Part shown: piece after piece, positions 1 to 9,948 of the stretch
Position numbering within the stretch: position 1 is the first letter of the stretch
Layout of the letters: every line of letters begins with the position of its first letter
Assembly (NCBI GenBank): GCA_036002525.1
Contig: DASYTG010000031.1
Coordinates: 13,994-77,993 of the forward strand
Direction: 5' to 3'
DNA length: 64,000 nt
Source: Candidatus Limnocylindrales bacterium
GTDB taxonomy: Bacteria; Chloroflexota; Limnocylindria; Limnocylindrales; CSP1-4
The notes under the pieces: generated by a model
Seen by the model: only the letters and a program-made list of their open reading frames with translations
Databases searched by the model: none
What the model was told of the DNA's origin: nothing
Made by a program: the position numbers and the translations under genes

Positions 1-2291
1 TCCCGTACCGGAAGATCTACCGCTGCGTGACCTGCCGCGACCAGCAGGGCGGGAGCGAACAGCGCCAGGCCCCGCTCGACGACGCCGATCGGGCCCGCGC
101 CGAGCCGCTGCCGGCCGCCGCCGCCACCCGGGCGGCGCTGCGCGATCGCTTCCCGGTTCCACCCGGCGCCGGCGAGCTCGTCGACCAGCTGCTCGACCTC
201 CACACCGACCGCCAGCTCGTCGGGCTCGGCGCGATTCTCCAGCGGATCGACGAGGACCGCCGGGCCGAGCCGGTCGAGGCGGCGCTGCGGCTCGCGTTCC
301 TCGAGGCGATCCTGCCCGCGAGCCGGCTCGCGACCGGCAGCGGCAGGCTGGCGTCGCTCCGGATCTCGAACGGCCGGGTCCGCGTCGGCGCCGACCAGTG
401 GCGTGAGCGGAACCCGTGGCTCGCGTTCGAAGAGGGCTTCCGTCTCGTGCGGACGTTCGTCCAGCGGCTCGACGGCGACGGCGACGGCCCCGTCCAGGCC
501 CGCTTCGGCGTCGACGTGCGGAGCCTGACCGAGGGAGCCGCGACGACCGTGGTCCGGGTCGCGAGCCCGCCCGGGATGCGCGCGCTCGAGGCCGAGGCCC
601 GCGAGCTGGCGGCGCGGCCCGGCCGTCCCCGCGTGCGGTTGATCCTCGGCCAGCCGCCCGTTCGGCCCAGCCAGGAGGCTATCGCGCTGTCGTACCTCCT
701 GACGGCCTGGGTGCTCGGGCGCGAGGCCGCCGGGTCGGTCCCGATCGAGCCACTTCTCGGCCCACCGGTCCGGGTCCCGTGGGGCTGGCAGGCCGCCGCC
801 CTGCGCCGCTCGCTCGAGGCAGTCGAGCCGCTGCTGGATGCCGACGGTCGGGCGGTTCTCGTCGTCGAGTCGAGTGGCCCGGAGGCCCTCGTCGCTGCGG
901 CGATAGGCGGGGCCGGGGCGGGCTTCCGGCTGGTCGATGCCCGGATGGCCGAGGCAGGGCCGGCCGAGCCGGGGCCGGCCGAGCCCCGCGCGAGCCATGC
1001 CGGGGCCGTCGAGCTGGCGCGGCCCGGGGCGATTCTCCCGCCGGGCCCGAGAACGCGGGCGAACGTCGCGCTGCCACCGCTCCCCGGCGGCGCGGGCGAC
1101 CCGGGCGTGGTTCCCGGACGCGGAGTGTTCGGGCCGCCCGAGAAAGTCGACGGGCGGCCCTTCTCGGCCGTTGACGCGGCGAGGCTCGTCACGGAATCGG
1201 CGGTCGAGGTGCTCCTCGGCCGGGGCGAGGCGGCGTCGACGGAGCAGCTCCTCGGAGAGATCCTCGTCGCCCTCGATCGGGCCGGCCAGCTCCGGCGGCT
1301 CGCCGATTCGGCGCCACCGGCGGCCACCCCCGCGGGTAGTGGCGTTGCGGTGGGCCCGGGCCGCGGCCGCGGGCACCACAGGGACCAGGCGGACATCACG
1401 GACCCGGTCGAGCGCCTCCTTGCGGTCGTCCACGACGAGCTCACCCGCCCCACTCAGCGCCGCCTCGTCGAGGTCGAGCCGGATCACTGGTGGCTCGGCG
1501 AACGTGACGAACGGGCCGCCGCGGCCCTGCCGCTCGCCGATCGCGTCGAGTGGGCCGTCTACAGCCTCCTCTCGACCGGTGGACCCCTGTCGGAAGCAGC
1601 ATTCCTCGATCGGATTGCCGGCCTCTTCGGGCCGCACGAGATGCCCGACGAGGGGCTCGTCCGGGCATGTCTCGACAGCTATCGCGGCCCGGCGAGCACG
1701 CCGGAGCGCCTCGTCACCGACGAGGACCTCCTCCGCCGCTCGCAGGAGCACGCCGAGCTGCTCGGAGCGCTCGCGGAGGGCGGCCACCGACTCGGAATGC
1801 AGGTCTGGCTCGCCCGCCGAGAGCAGTCACGCCGGGTCGGGGAGCGACGCCTGGGGGAGCTCCTCGACGACGGCGAGCGAGCGAGTCATCTGCCTGCGAT
1901 CGTCCGCGGCCGGGCCGAGGATGTCGAGGCGGTCGACTGCATCTGGTACGTCCGGAGCAGCGCCGCGTTCCTCTTCGAGGTCGAGTGGACGGCGATGCTC
2001 GGTGAGCCCGTCCTGCGCCGCCACGGACGCATCCCGCCGGACGAGCGGCTCGTCCGGTTCGTCGTCGTGCCCGCCGAGCGAACCGAGCTGATTCGCCACA
2101 AGCTCGCCCGCTCGCCGGTTCTTCGCGCGGCGATCGATAGCGGCAACTGGCACGTCCTGAAATGGGATCACCTTCGAACGTTCCTCGCCGGGGACGCCAT
2201 CGACCTCGCCGGGCTCGAGCCATTCCTCGGGCTCGACCCACTCGTCGAGCGGAACGCCGAGCAGCTGCCGCTGTTCGTGGCGGGACGGTAG
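1..2291 (+). CDS. large conserved hypothetical protein, 5' end outside the window (Zn-ribbon CxxC at the edge, degenerate methylase-like PP motif, C-terminal nuclease-like module)
   Basis: The reading frame is open from position 3 (PYRKIYRCVTCRDQ...), so the annotated M at 27 is internal. The ORF is long with protein-like composition. The C-terminus reads VDCIWYVRSSAAFLFEVEWT...RFVVVPAER...KL. Confidence 0.6.
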   Translation, partial: PYRKIYRCVTCRDQQGGSEQRQAPLDDADRARAEPLPAAAATRAALRDRFPVPPGAGELVDQLLDLHTDRQLVGLGAILQRIDEDRRAEPVEAALRLAFLEAILPASRLATGSGRLASLRISNGRVRVGADQWRERNPWLAFEEGFRLVRTFVQRLDGDGDGPVQARFGVDVRSLTEGAATTVVRVASPPGMRALEAEARELAARPGRPRVRLILGQPPVRPSQEAIALSYLLTAWVLGREAAGSVPIEPLLGPPVRVPWGWQAAALRRSLEAVEPLLDADGRAVLVVESSGPEALVAAAIGGAGAGFRLVDARMAEAGPAEPGPAEPRASHAGAVELARPGAILPPGPRTRANVALPPLPGGAGDPGVVPGRGVFGPPEKVDGRPFSAVDAARLVTESAVEVLLGRGEAASTEQLLGEILVALDRAGQLRRLADSAPPAATPAGSGVAVGPGRGRGHHRDQADITDPVERLLAVVHDELTRPTQRRLVEVEPDHWWLGERDERAAAALPLADRVEWAVYSLLSTGGPLSEAAFLDRIAGLFGPHEMPDEGLVRACLDSYRGPASTPERLVTDEDLLRRSQEHAELLGALAEGGHRLGMQVWLARREQSRRVGERRLGELLDDGERASHLPAIVRGRAEDVEAVDCIWYVRSSAAFLFEVEWTAMLGEPVLRRHGRIPPDERLVRFVVVPAERTELIRHKLARSPVLRAAIDSGNWHVLKWDHLRTFLAGDAIDLAGLEPFLGLDPLVERNAEQLPLFVAGR

Positions 2292-2324
2292 GCTAATCGA
2301 CCTACGACCCCTGGAGGCTCCTAC

Positions 2325-4046
2325 GTGACCCAGCCCGATACGAACAGCGCGCGCGTGAACGCCCTCGCGGACCGCTTCTGGGAGGCGATCCTCGAGCTGA
2401 ACCCCACGCTCGCGACCCAGTACGGCGACGAGCGCTACGCGGACCGGCTCGAGGACCCCAGCCCGAAAGGCCGGGCGAAGGTGCGCCGGCTCATGGAAAA
2501 GACCCTGGCCGAAGCCCAGGCGATCGCGGTCGACGACCTGTCGGTCGAGGACCGGATCACCCGCGACATGCTCGTCGTCGTGGCCGAGCTCAACATCGAG
2601 GAAGACGACCAGAAGCTCCACCAGCTTCGCGTCGTCGACCAGATGGGCGGCCCCCAGACGCTCCTCCCGCAGCTCGTCCAGTTCCAGCCGGCCGACACCC
2701 CGGAGCGCCTCGCGAAGTTCGTCGCCCGCCTCGAGACATACCCGGCCTACATGGCGGCCAACGCGGACATCCTGCGCGAGGGCCTGGAGAGCGGGCTCAC
2801 CGCCCCGCGGATCGTCGCCGAGCGGACGATCGCCCAGATCGAGCGGCTCCTGTCGGTTCCGCTCGAGGAGGCGATCATCCCCTCGCTCGCCAAGGTCTCG
2901 TCCGACGCGGACCGGGAGAAGCTCCGGGACGCCGTGCGCGACCACGTCTATCCGGCCGACCGGATGTTCCTCGACGCCCTGCGGGGGGAGTATCTCGCGG
3001 CGACGCGGGTCGACCCGGGGGTCTGGTCGGCGCCCAACGGGGAAGCCCTCTACCGGACTGCGATCCGGTCGTGGACGACTCTCGACCTGGATCCCCAGGA
3101 GGTTCACCAGATCGGACTCGACGAGATCCGCGAGATCGAGACCGAGCGCCGGGACATCGCCCGCCGGGCCGGGTTCGGCGACGACACGAAGGCCTACCGG
3201 GCGGCGCTCGCCTCAGACCCCGAGAACCTCCCGACGAGCCGCGACGCGCTCGTCGAACGGGCGACGGAGGACATCGCGCGGGCAGCGGCTGCGGCGCCGC
3301 GCTACTTCGGGCGCCTGCCGAAGGCGGGCTGCGAGGTCCGTCCGGTCGAGGAGTTCAAGGAGAAGGACGCCCCGTTCGCGTACTACTTCCCGCCGACGCT
3401 CGATGGCACGCGGCCCGGGATCTACTACGTCAACGCCTACGACCTGCCGTCCCGAACCTATACGAAGCTGGCGACGACGACCTACCACGAGGCGATTCCC
3501 GGCCACCACTTCCAGATCGCCCTCGAGATGGAGAACCAGGACCTGAACACGTTCCGCCGGCTCGGCTCGCGGATGGTCGGCAGCGCCTACGTCGAGGGCT
3601 GGGGGCTGTACAGCGAGAAGCTCGCCGACGAGATGGGCATCTACCGGACCGAGGGTGAGCGGTTCGGGATGCTCGACGCGATGGCCTGGCGCGCGGCCAG
3701 GCTCGTCGTCGACACGGGTCTCCACGCCCTGCGCTGGAGCCGCCAGCGATCGATCGACTTCCTCCTCGACACGGGCCTGTCGGAGACGGACGCAACGATC
3801 GAGACGGACCGCTACATCTGCTGGCCCGGCCAGGCGCTGACGTACAAGACCGGCCAGCGAGAAATCGAACGGCTGCGCCGCGAGCTCGAGCGCCGCGACG
3901 GGTCGCGGTTCGACCTCCGCGCCTTCCACGACGCAGTGCTCGGACACGGCTCGTTGCCGCTCGCGACGCTGAGCCGCGAGCTGCCGAACTGGCTGGCCAC
4001 ACCTCGGGCGGATGGCGTCGGAGCCCTCCGCCTCCGACCTCGGTGA
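2325..4046 (+). CDS. DUF885 family protein (metallopeptidase-like HExxH-type motif YHEAIPGHHFQ)
   Basis: Full-length 573-aa ORF with a GTG start. The translation shows typical DUF885 features (WGLYSE, HEAIPGHH). Confidence 0.85.
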   Translation: MTQPDTNSARVNALADRFWEAILELNPTLATQYGDERYADRLEDPSPKGRAKVRRLMEKTLAEAQAIAVDDLSVEDRITRDMLVVVAELNIEEDDQKLHQLRVVDQMGGPQTLLPQLVQFQPADTPERLAKFVARLETYPAYMAANADILREGLESGLTAPRIVAERTIAQIERLLSVPLEEAIIPSLAKVSSDADREKLRDAVRDHVYPADRMFLDALRGEYLAATRVDPGVWSAPNGEALYRTAIRSWTTLDLDPQEVHQIGLDEIREIETERRDIARRAGFGDDTKAYRAALASDPENLPTSRDALVERATEDIARAAAAAPRYFGRLPKAGCEVRPVEEFKEKDAPFAYYFPPTLDGTRPGIYYVNAYDLPSRTYTKLATTTYHEAIPGHHFQIALEMENQDLNTFRRLGSRMVGSAYVEGWGLYSEKLADEMGIYRTEGERFGMLDAMAWRAARLVVDTGLHALRWSRQRSIDFLLDTGLSETDATIETDRYICWPGQALTYKTGQREIERLRRELERRDGSRFDLRAFHDAVLGHGSLPLATLSRELPNWLATPRADGVGALRLRPR

Positions 4047-4218
4047 GCGAGTGCCGGCTTCTCAGCTGAGGGTGCCGTTCACTAGCGGTGCCAGCTGGCA
4101 CCGTTCGGCTTGCCGTTCGAGCGGGGCCGGGGGAGGATAGCCGTCCGCACCCGGCCGTTCCGCGCCGCACCGCACCGCAGCGCCTCGGTCGGCATTGCAC
4201 CGGGAGGAGAATCCAGCC

Positions 4219-5691
4219 ATGCCTGTGATCGATCGACGAACCTTCCTGAAGGGAGCCGCTGCGACCGGTGGAGCGGCGGCCCTGAGCGGCGGTGCGTTCG
4301 CCGGGTTCATCGCCCGGGTCGCGGCCGCCAACGAGGTCGACCTCGGGCCGCTCGGTGCGGTCGCCGACCAGCGCGATGGGATCGTCCGCCTGCACCTGCC
4401 CGAGGGCTTCAACTACAGGTCGTTCCATGACACGGACGTGGTCACGCCCATCGTGCTCGACGACGGCACCACGCTGCGCGGTCGCCACGACGGCATGGGC
4501 GCCTTCGTCGGCTCGGGTGGCAACACGATCCTGATCCGCAATCACGAGATCAACGGTCCGGGCCCGGCGATCGCCCCTGCCATCTCCTACGACACGATGG
4601 CCCAGGGAGGCTGCACGACGACGGTCGTCGACGCCTTCGGCGAGGTCCAGCAGGCCTGGACGAGCCTGAGCGGAACGCAGATGAACTGCGCCGGCGGCCA
4701 GATGCCGTGGGGCGCCTGGATCACCTGCGAGGAGACAGTGAACGGGCCCGATGTGGGACCGGACTTCACCGGTGTCTCGAACGTCCCCCTCACCCAGCGG
4801 CACGGATTCATCTTCGAGGTGCCGACTGACGGTGTCTCCGATGCGGAGCCGGTCACATCCGCGGGGCGCTTCCCCCATGAGGCGGTCGCGTTCGACCCGG
4901 ACGAGGGGATCCTTTACCTGACCGAGGACAACTTCGCCTTCCCGTCCGGGTTCTACCGGTACATCCCGCCAACCAACCCGATGCTCACGGGCCATCTCGA
5001 CAACGGCGGCGTCCTCGAGATGCTGCGCGTCGTTGGCACGCCCAACGCCCACCTCGAGGCGGGCCAGACGGCGGGCGCGACCTATCCGGTCGACTGGGTG
5101 CCGATCGACGATCCGAACCCGACCTTCCCGTACACGCCGGGCGTGTCGGCGCCGACCCTCAATGACACGGCTCTGACGCATGTCGGCAACCAGGGACGGG
5201 CCCAGGGCGCCGCGGGCTTCTCGCGGCTGGAGGGCCAGAACTTCGACCGTGGCGTCGTGTACTTCACCTCCACCCAGGGCGGTGGCGCGGCCGAGACCGG
5301 CCCCGAGTTGACCAGTGGCTACGGCAACGGCACCGGCCAGGTGTGGGCCTACCGACCGGCCGACCGGACGCTCACCTGCGTGTTCCAGTCGTCGGGCCCC
5401 GCCGCCCTCGAATTGCCGGACAACGTCACCACCAGCCCGCGCGGGACGATCATCCTGTGCGAGGACGGGCCGGTCGAGAACTACATCCGGGGTCTCACCC
5501 GGAGCGGCCAGCTGTTCAACATCGCGCTGAACCAGCTGCGCCGAAACGCACCGCCCAACGCCCCCCGGTTCGGCGAGGAGTTCGCCGGCAGCACGTTCAG
5601 CCGCAACGGCAAAACCCTGTACGTCAACATCCAGGCGAGCCAGGGAATCAGCTTCGCCATCTGGGGCAACTGGCAGAAGCACGGCGTGTAG
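4219..5691 (+). CDS. phoX: PhoX/DUF839 family secreted phosphatase with twin-arginine signal
   Basis: GGAGGAG lies 9 nt before the ATG at 4219. The N-terminus carries a Tat motif (DRRTFLKGAAATGGAA). NCAGGQMPWGAWITCEE matches the PhoX signature. Confidence 0.75.
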   Translation: MPVIDRRTFLKGAAATGGAAALSGGAFAGFIARVAAANEVDLGPLGAVADQRDGIVRLHLPEGFNYRSFHDTDVVTPIVLDDGTTLRGRHDGMGAFVGSGGNTILIRNHEINGPGPAIAPAISYDTMAQGGCTTTVVDAFGEVQQAWTSLSGTQMNCAGGQMPWGAWITCEETVNGPDVGPDFTGVSNVPLTQRHGFIFEVPTDGVSDAEPVTSAGRFPHEAVAFDPDEGILYLTEDNFAFPSGFYRYIPPTNPMLTGHLDNGGVLEMLRVVGTPNAHLEAGQTAGATYPVDWVPIDDPNPTFPYTPGVSAPTLNDTALTHVGNQGRAQGAAGFSRLEGQNFDRGVVYFTSTQGGGAAETGPELTSGYGNGTGQVWAYRPADRTLTCVFQSSGPAALELPDNVTTSPRGTIILCEDGPVENYIRGLTRSGQLFNIALNQLRRNAPPNAPRFGEEFAGSTFSRNGKTLYVNIQASQGISFAIWGNWQKHGV

Positions 5692-5733
5692 CGCCGGGCC
5701 GCGGGGCCTGATCGGGCGCCTCTGCAGATCGAG

Positions 5734-6048
5734 TCAGCGAGCCTCTGGTTCGGCGACGAACAGGGGCTCCCGCGTGTCCTCGTTCACCGTGAGCACATAG
5801 CGGACCGGCGGCGCGGCGGGATCGCTGCCCGTCGCCGTTCGGGCCATGGTCTCGTGCAGCGATCCCGGCCACCATTCGAACGGGCGGCCGCCGGACGTGG
5901 CGTAGATCTCGGTCGGCAGGTCCATCTCGTCGATGTAGAGCTCACGGCCGTCGTGCGGCTCACCCACGAGCCGGACGCGGACGAGGCCGCCGCCGCCGTC
6001 GAGGGCCGTCTTGAACTCGGCGGGTTGGGGCCGCATGTCGTCGCTCAT
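5734..6048 (-). CDS. small hypothetical protein (104 aa)
   Basis: Isolated ORF with balanced, non-Arg/Pro-biased composition. No family recognised. Confidence 0.5.
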   Translation of the reverse strand: MSDDMRPQPAEFKTALDGGGGLVRVRLVGEPHDGRELYIDEMDLPTEIYATSGGRPFEWWPGSLHETMARTATGSDPAAPPVRYVLTVNEDTREPLFVAEPEAR

Positions 6049-6376
6049 GTCCCGAGTTTACGGTCCCTCGGCGCGATCAGGCCACAGCCGCGTTCAGGGA
6101 GGAGGCTCCGCCGGCCCTCGTTCCGGGCCGCCCCGTCCAGTTGCCGGACGACCTCGGACAGCCGCGTAGCGGAGCGGCTCGGGCGGAAACGGGCACGGGC
6201 GCTATCGCACGGTTCGGCGATCACCAAGGTCAGTTGACGTCGCAATTCGTGCTGCGTCCCGGCCGGCCGGTACGATATTCGCGTTGACGCGCCAAGCCGG
6301 GGTGTGCCACGATGGCGGCCCGCCGTTCCGCTCTCCGCAACCGTCGTCCCGCCGTCCGAGCCTGAGGGGAGGAGTC

Positions 6377-7747
6377 ATGGCCACCGAGCCGGCAGCCCGC
6401 GTCGACCGCGCCCCCAGCCGCCGGCGGCAGTTGGAGATGTACCGGCGCGCGAAGCGAACGTTGCCCGGCGGCACCGACTCGAACTTCCGGTCGTGGGGCG
6501 AGAACACGGTCTACATCGACCGTGGAAAGGGCGGCCTCGTCTGGGATCTCGACGGCAACGAGTACGTCGACCTGCGGATGGGCTACGGCCCGGTGATCCT
6601 CGGGCACGCCGACGACCGGGTCGACGACTACGTCAACGAGCGGATGCGCCGGGGGGTGAGCTTCAGCCTGACGAGCGAGGACGAGGTCGAGGCGCTCGAG
6701 CTGCTGTGCCGGCTCAGTGGCTGGATCGACATGGCCCGGATGACGGTCTCCGGCACCGAGGCGACGATGCATGCGATGCGCCTCGCCCGGGCGTGGACGG
6801 GCCGCGAGAAGATCGTGAAATTCGAGGGTCAGTACCACGGCGTCCACGACTACGCCCTGATCAGTGTGTCGCCGAACGACATGGCGGAGCTCGGCGACGA
6901 AGACAACCCGGTCCGGCTCGCCTGGGGCCGTGGCATTCCATCGCCGGTGGCGGACACGATCATCCCGGCTCGCTACAACAACCTCGAGTTCCTCCGCGGG
7001 TTGTTCGAGCGGCAGGGGGAGGAGATCGCGGCGATCATCGTCGAGCCGGTGCTCGGCAACGCCCAGGCGATCATGCCGCGGCCGGACTTCCACAAGGCGA
7101 TGAGGGCGCTGACCGAGGAGTTCGGGATCCTGCTCATCTTCGACGAGGTGAAGACCGGGTTCCGGCTGGCCAAGGGTGGCGCCTCGGAATTCTTCGGCGT
7201 CAAGCCGGATCTCGCCACGTACGCCAAGGCGATCGGCAACGGCTATCCCGCGGCGGCCTTCGGCGGCCGGCGCGAGATCATGGAGCAGTTGCCGGACAAG
7301 GTCAGCCACGGTGGGACGTACGCCGGCAACCGCGTCGCCGCCGCGGCGATGGTGAAGACGTTGTCGATCGTCGACGAGACGCCGGTGCTCGACACGATCG
7401 CCGCGACCGGCCGGCGCATCCAGGACGGCCTGCGGGCCGTGCTCGACCCGACCGGCCTGCCATACCAGTTCACCGGCCATCCCTCGATGTTCGGGGTGAT
7501 GTTCACCGACAGGGACGTCACCGAATACCGCGACTGGGCGGAGACGGACCATGAGCTGTACGACGCGATCGCGACGGGAATGCAGGCCCGTGGGGCGATG
7601 CCGGAGCCCGATTCGCGTGAGCCGTGGTTCGTCTGTGAGGCCCACGCGCAGGGCGACCTCGTCGACCGCGCGATCACGTCGTTCAAGGAGTCCCTCGAGG
7701 CGGCGCTCGATGCCCGGACCACCGGGCGGAAGGCGCACGCCGGCTGA
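6377..7747 (+). CDS. class-III PLP aminotransferase (glutamate-1-semialdehyde aminomutase-like)
   Basis: GGAGGAG precedes the ATG at 6377. Motifs seen are LPGGTDSNFR, MTVSGTEATMHAMRLARA and DEVKTGFR. Confidence 0.85.
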   Translation: MATEPAARVDRAPSRRRQLEMYRRAKRTLPGGTDSNFRSWGENTVYIDRGKGGLVWDLDGNEYVDLRMGYGPVILGHADDRVDDYVNERMRRGVSFSLTSEDEVEALELLCRLSGWIDMARMTVSGTEATMHAMRLARAWTGREKIVKFEGQYHGVHDYALISVSPNDMAELGDEDNPVRLAWGRGIPSPVADTIIPARYNNLEFLRGLFERQGEEIAAIIVEPVLGNAQAIMPRPDFHKAMRALTEEFGILLIFDEVKTGFRLAKGGASEFFGVKPDLATYAKAIGNGYPAAAFGGRREIMEQLPDKVSHGGTYAGNRVAAAAMVKTLSIVDETPVLDTIAATGRRIQDGLRAVLDPTGLPYQFTGHPSMFGVMFTDRDVTEYRDWAETDHELYDAIATGMQARGAMPEPDSREPWFVCEAHAQGDLVDRAITSFKESLEAALDARTTGRKAHAG

Positions 7748-7766
7748 GGGGGAGGGAGGCACCGCC

Positions 7767-8669
7767 ATGGCCCTCGACGGGAACGCTGTCCGATCGGTCG
7801 ATCGGGCGGCCGCGCTCCTGCTCGCGCTGGGCGACAGCCAGGGCGAGGCGGGGGTCACCGAGCTGGCTCGGCGACTCGGCCTGCACAAGTCGACGGCGTC
7901 GCGGCTCCTCGCGACCCTCCAGAAGCGCGGCCTCGTCGAGCAGGACGACGAGACCGGGAAGTACCGGCTGGGCCTCGTCGTCATCCGGCTCGCCGAACGC
8001 GCCGAGCGGACGCTCGACCTCCGCGGCATCGCGATGCCGGAGCTGGAGCGGCTCGCCAGGCTGACCCACGAGACGACGGGCCTCGGCGTGCTCGACGGGG
8101 ACCAGCTGCTGACGGTCGCCCAGGCGGACGGCCCGAACCTCATCGCGGTCGGCGACTGGACCGGGCGGAGCGTCCCCCTCCACTGCGTGGCGTCAGGGAA
8201 GGTGCTCCTCGCCGCCCTCGCCGAGCGCGAGGTCCTCCGGATCGTTCGGCGTGGTCTCGTCACGTACACGGACCGGACGATCGTCGAGCTCGAGCCGCTC
8301 CTCGAGGAGCTGGCACGGATCCGGCGGCGCGGCTATGCGACCGCCCTGGGCGAGTACGAGGTGGGGTTGAACGCGGTCGCGGCCCCGGTCCACGACGCGC
8401 GCGGAGCGGTGATCGCGGCCGTCGATATCTGGGGTCCGGCCTTCCGCCTGACGCCGCGCCGGATCCCGGAGCTCGGCGCACAGGCGAGGGAAGCCGCCGC
8501 GGCGATCTCGGTCCGGCTTGGCGGCGCCGCCGGCCGGTCGAACGGCACGCTCGTCGCGAACGGCTCGATCGCCACGAACGGGGCGAACGGCGCTGACGGC
8601 ACGAACGGCGCCAACGCGGTCAACGGCACGCACGGCGCGCACGTCCGGACGACCACCATTCCGGCCTGA
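7767..8669 (+). CDS. IclR-family transcriptional regulator with Asn/Gly-rich C-terminal tail
   Basis: GGAGGGAGG precedes the ATG at 7767. The N-terminal wHTH reads VTELARRLGLHKSTASRLLATL, followed by an IclR effector domain. The tail is NGTLVANGSIATNGANGADGTNGANAVNGTHG. Confidence 0.85.
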   Translation: MALDGNAVRSVDRAAALLLALGDSQGEAGVTELARRLGLHKSTASRLLATLQKRGLVEQDDETGKYRLGLVVIRLAERAERTLDLRGIAMPELERLARLTHETTGLGVLDGDQLLTVAQADGPNLIAVGDWTGRSVPLHCVASGKVLLAALAEREVLRIVRRGLVTYTDRTIVELEPLLEELARIRRRGYATALGEYEVGLNAVAAPVHDARGAVIAAVDIWGPAFRLTPRRIPELGAQAREAAAAISVRLGGAAGRSNGTLVANGSIATNGANGADGTNGANAVNGTHGAHVRTTTIPA

Positions 8670-8701
8670 GCCTGCCGCTGCCGGTGGGCAGCCGCTAGGC
8701 T

Positions 8702-9625
8702 GTGATCATGGCGCCCGCCGAGATCTGGGCCATCGTCGGCCCGATCCTCCTGATCGTCGTCCTGACGCTGCTCGCGCTGCGCGGCGCCAGGCTCCTCGTC
8801 CACGGCGTCGTGAAGGCCGTCCTCGACCGGGAGGCCGCCGAGGGGACCGCCCAGGAGCTGTCCTCGCTCGAGATCCGCAAGCGGATGGATACGATCGAAA
8901 CCCTCGGGTCGCGCGTCCTCCAGGCGTTCGTCGTCGTGATCGGCTCGCTGATGGTGCTCGGGAAGCTGGACCTGGACATCGGCCCCGCGATCGCCGGGCT
9001 CGGCGTCGTCGGGATCGCGGTGGGCTTCGGCGCGCAGAGCCTCGTCCGGGACTACCTCAACGGGGCCCTCATCTTCCTCGAGAACCAGTACTCGCTCGGC
9101 GACGTCGTCACGATCGCCGGGGTCACCGGCACCGTCGAGGACATCAGCCTGCGCCGCACGACGCTGCGCGACCTCGACGGCGTCGTCCACACGGTCCCCA
9201 ACGGGGAGATCAAGGTCGCCTCGAACCGGACCCGCACGTGGGCCCGCATCAACCAGGACGTCACCGTCTCGTATGGCACGGACGTCGACCGGGCGATCGC
9301 GGTCGTCGATGCCGTCGGCCGGTCGATGGCCGAGGAGCCCGAGTGGCAGGGCCGCATCCTCGAGCCGCCGGGCGTCGAGCGGGTCGAGGCGATCGGCGAG
9401 TACGGGATCACCCTGAAGATCCTCGGCACGGTCCGGGCGAGCGACCAGTGGGCCGCCGGCGGCGAGCTTCGCAAGCGCCTTCTCGCCGCCTTCACCGAGC
9501 ACGGCATCGAGATCCCCCGGCCGCAGCGGGTCATCCTCGCCCGCGACCCTGACGGCCCCGGGCCGCACCCGGCGGAGGCGGTCACGGCGCCGGTCGGCCC
9601 GGAGGACGACCTCGCCGGCGAGTAG
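8702..9625 (+). CDS. MscS-family mechanosensitive channel
   Basis: TM helices are followed by GFGAQSLVRDYLNGALIFLENQYSLGDVV..G..G.VEDI.LR.T.LR, the typical MscS core. Confidence 0.85.
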   Translation: MIMAPAEIWAIVGPILLIVVLTLLALRGARLLVHGVVKAVLDREAAEGTAQELSSLEIRKRMDTIETLGSRVLQAFVVVIGSLMVLGKLDLDIGPAIAGLGVVGIAVGFGAQSLVRDYLNGALIFLENQYSLGDVVTIAGVTGTVEDISLRRTTLRDLDGVVHTVPNGEIKVASNRTRTWARINQDVTVSYGTDVDRAIAVVDAVGRSMAEEPEWQGRILEPPGVERVEAIGEYGITLKILGTVRASDQWAAGGELRKRLLAAFTEHGIEIPRPQRVILARDPDGPGPHPAEAVTAPVGPEDDLAGE

Positions 9626-9640
9626 CCGCGTCTTGAGCCC

Positions 9641-9670
9641 GGGCTCGGGCTCGGGCTTGGGCTCGGGCGG
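9641..9670. repeat. hexanucleotide microsatellite (GGGCTC-like x5)
   Basis: The sequence reads gggctc gggctc gggctt gggctc gggcgg directly after the mscS stop. Confidence 0.8.
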
Positions 9671-9948
9671 GGGACCCATTTGTTCCCGTAGAGGACCGCA
9701 GCGGGCAGTTCCCCGTCAGCGGTCCCAGGCAGGGCCATTCGGCAACCGCAGGGTGGAGGGCCGTGCGTGGCCGCGGTCGCCCGGCCCCGAGGAGTGCTCG
9801 GCGCGGCCCCTGGAGGGACCGATGACGGGGCCGGCGCCTCCGCCTGACGGGGCCTCCGCCTCCGCCCGAGCCGGGAGCGACGCCGCCGGCGAGAAACGTG
9901 GGCGGCGGCGAGCCGCGCCACTTGCCCGAATTCTCGTGGGGTGCGACC

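Noticed and set aside
3430-5682. 750-aa ORF antisense to the DUF885 and PhoX genes. The same pattern recurs at 17..1453, 6230..8269, 24176..26671, 46805..48496, 58084..59784 and many others.
   Set aside because: The translations are dominated by Arg/Pro/Gly/Ala runs with no recognisable motifs. They lie opposite ORFs that have clear family signatures. They are typical stop-codon-poor antisense frames in high-GC DNA.
9641-9670. Short tandem repeats (here and at 14534..14603) considered as a CRISPR or minisatellite array.
   Set aside because: The units are 6 and 12 nt with no spacers. The second lies within a coding coiled-coil tract. Neither is CRISPR-like.
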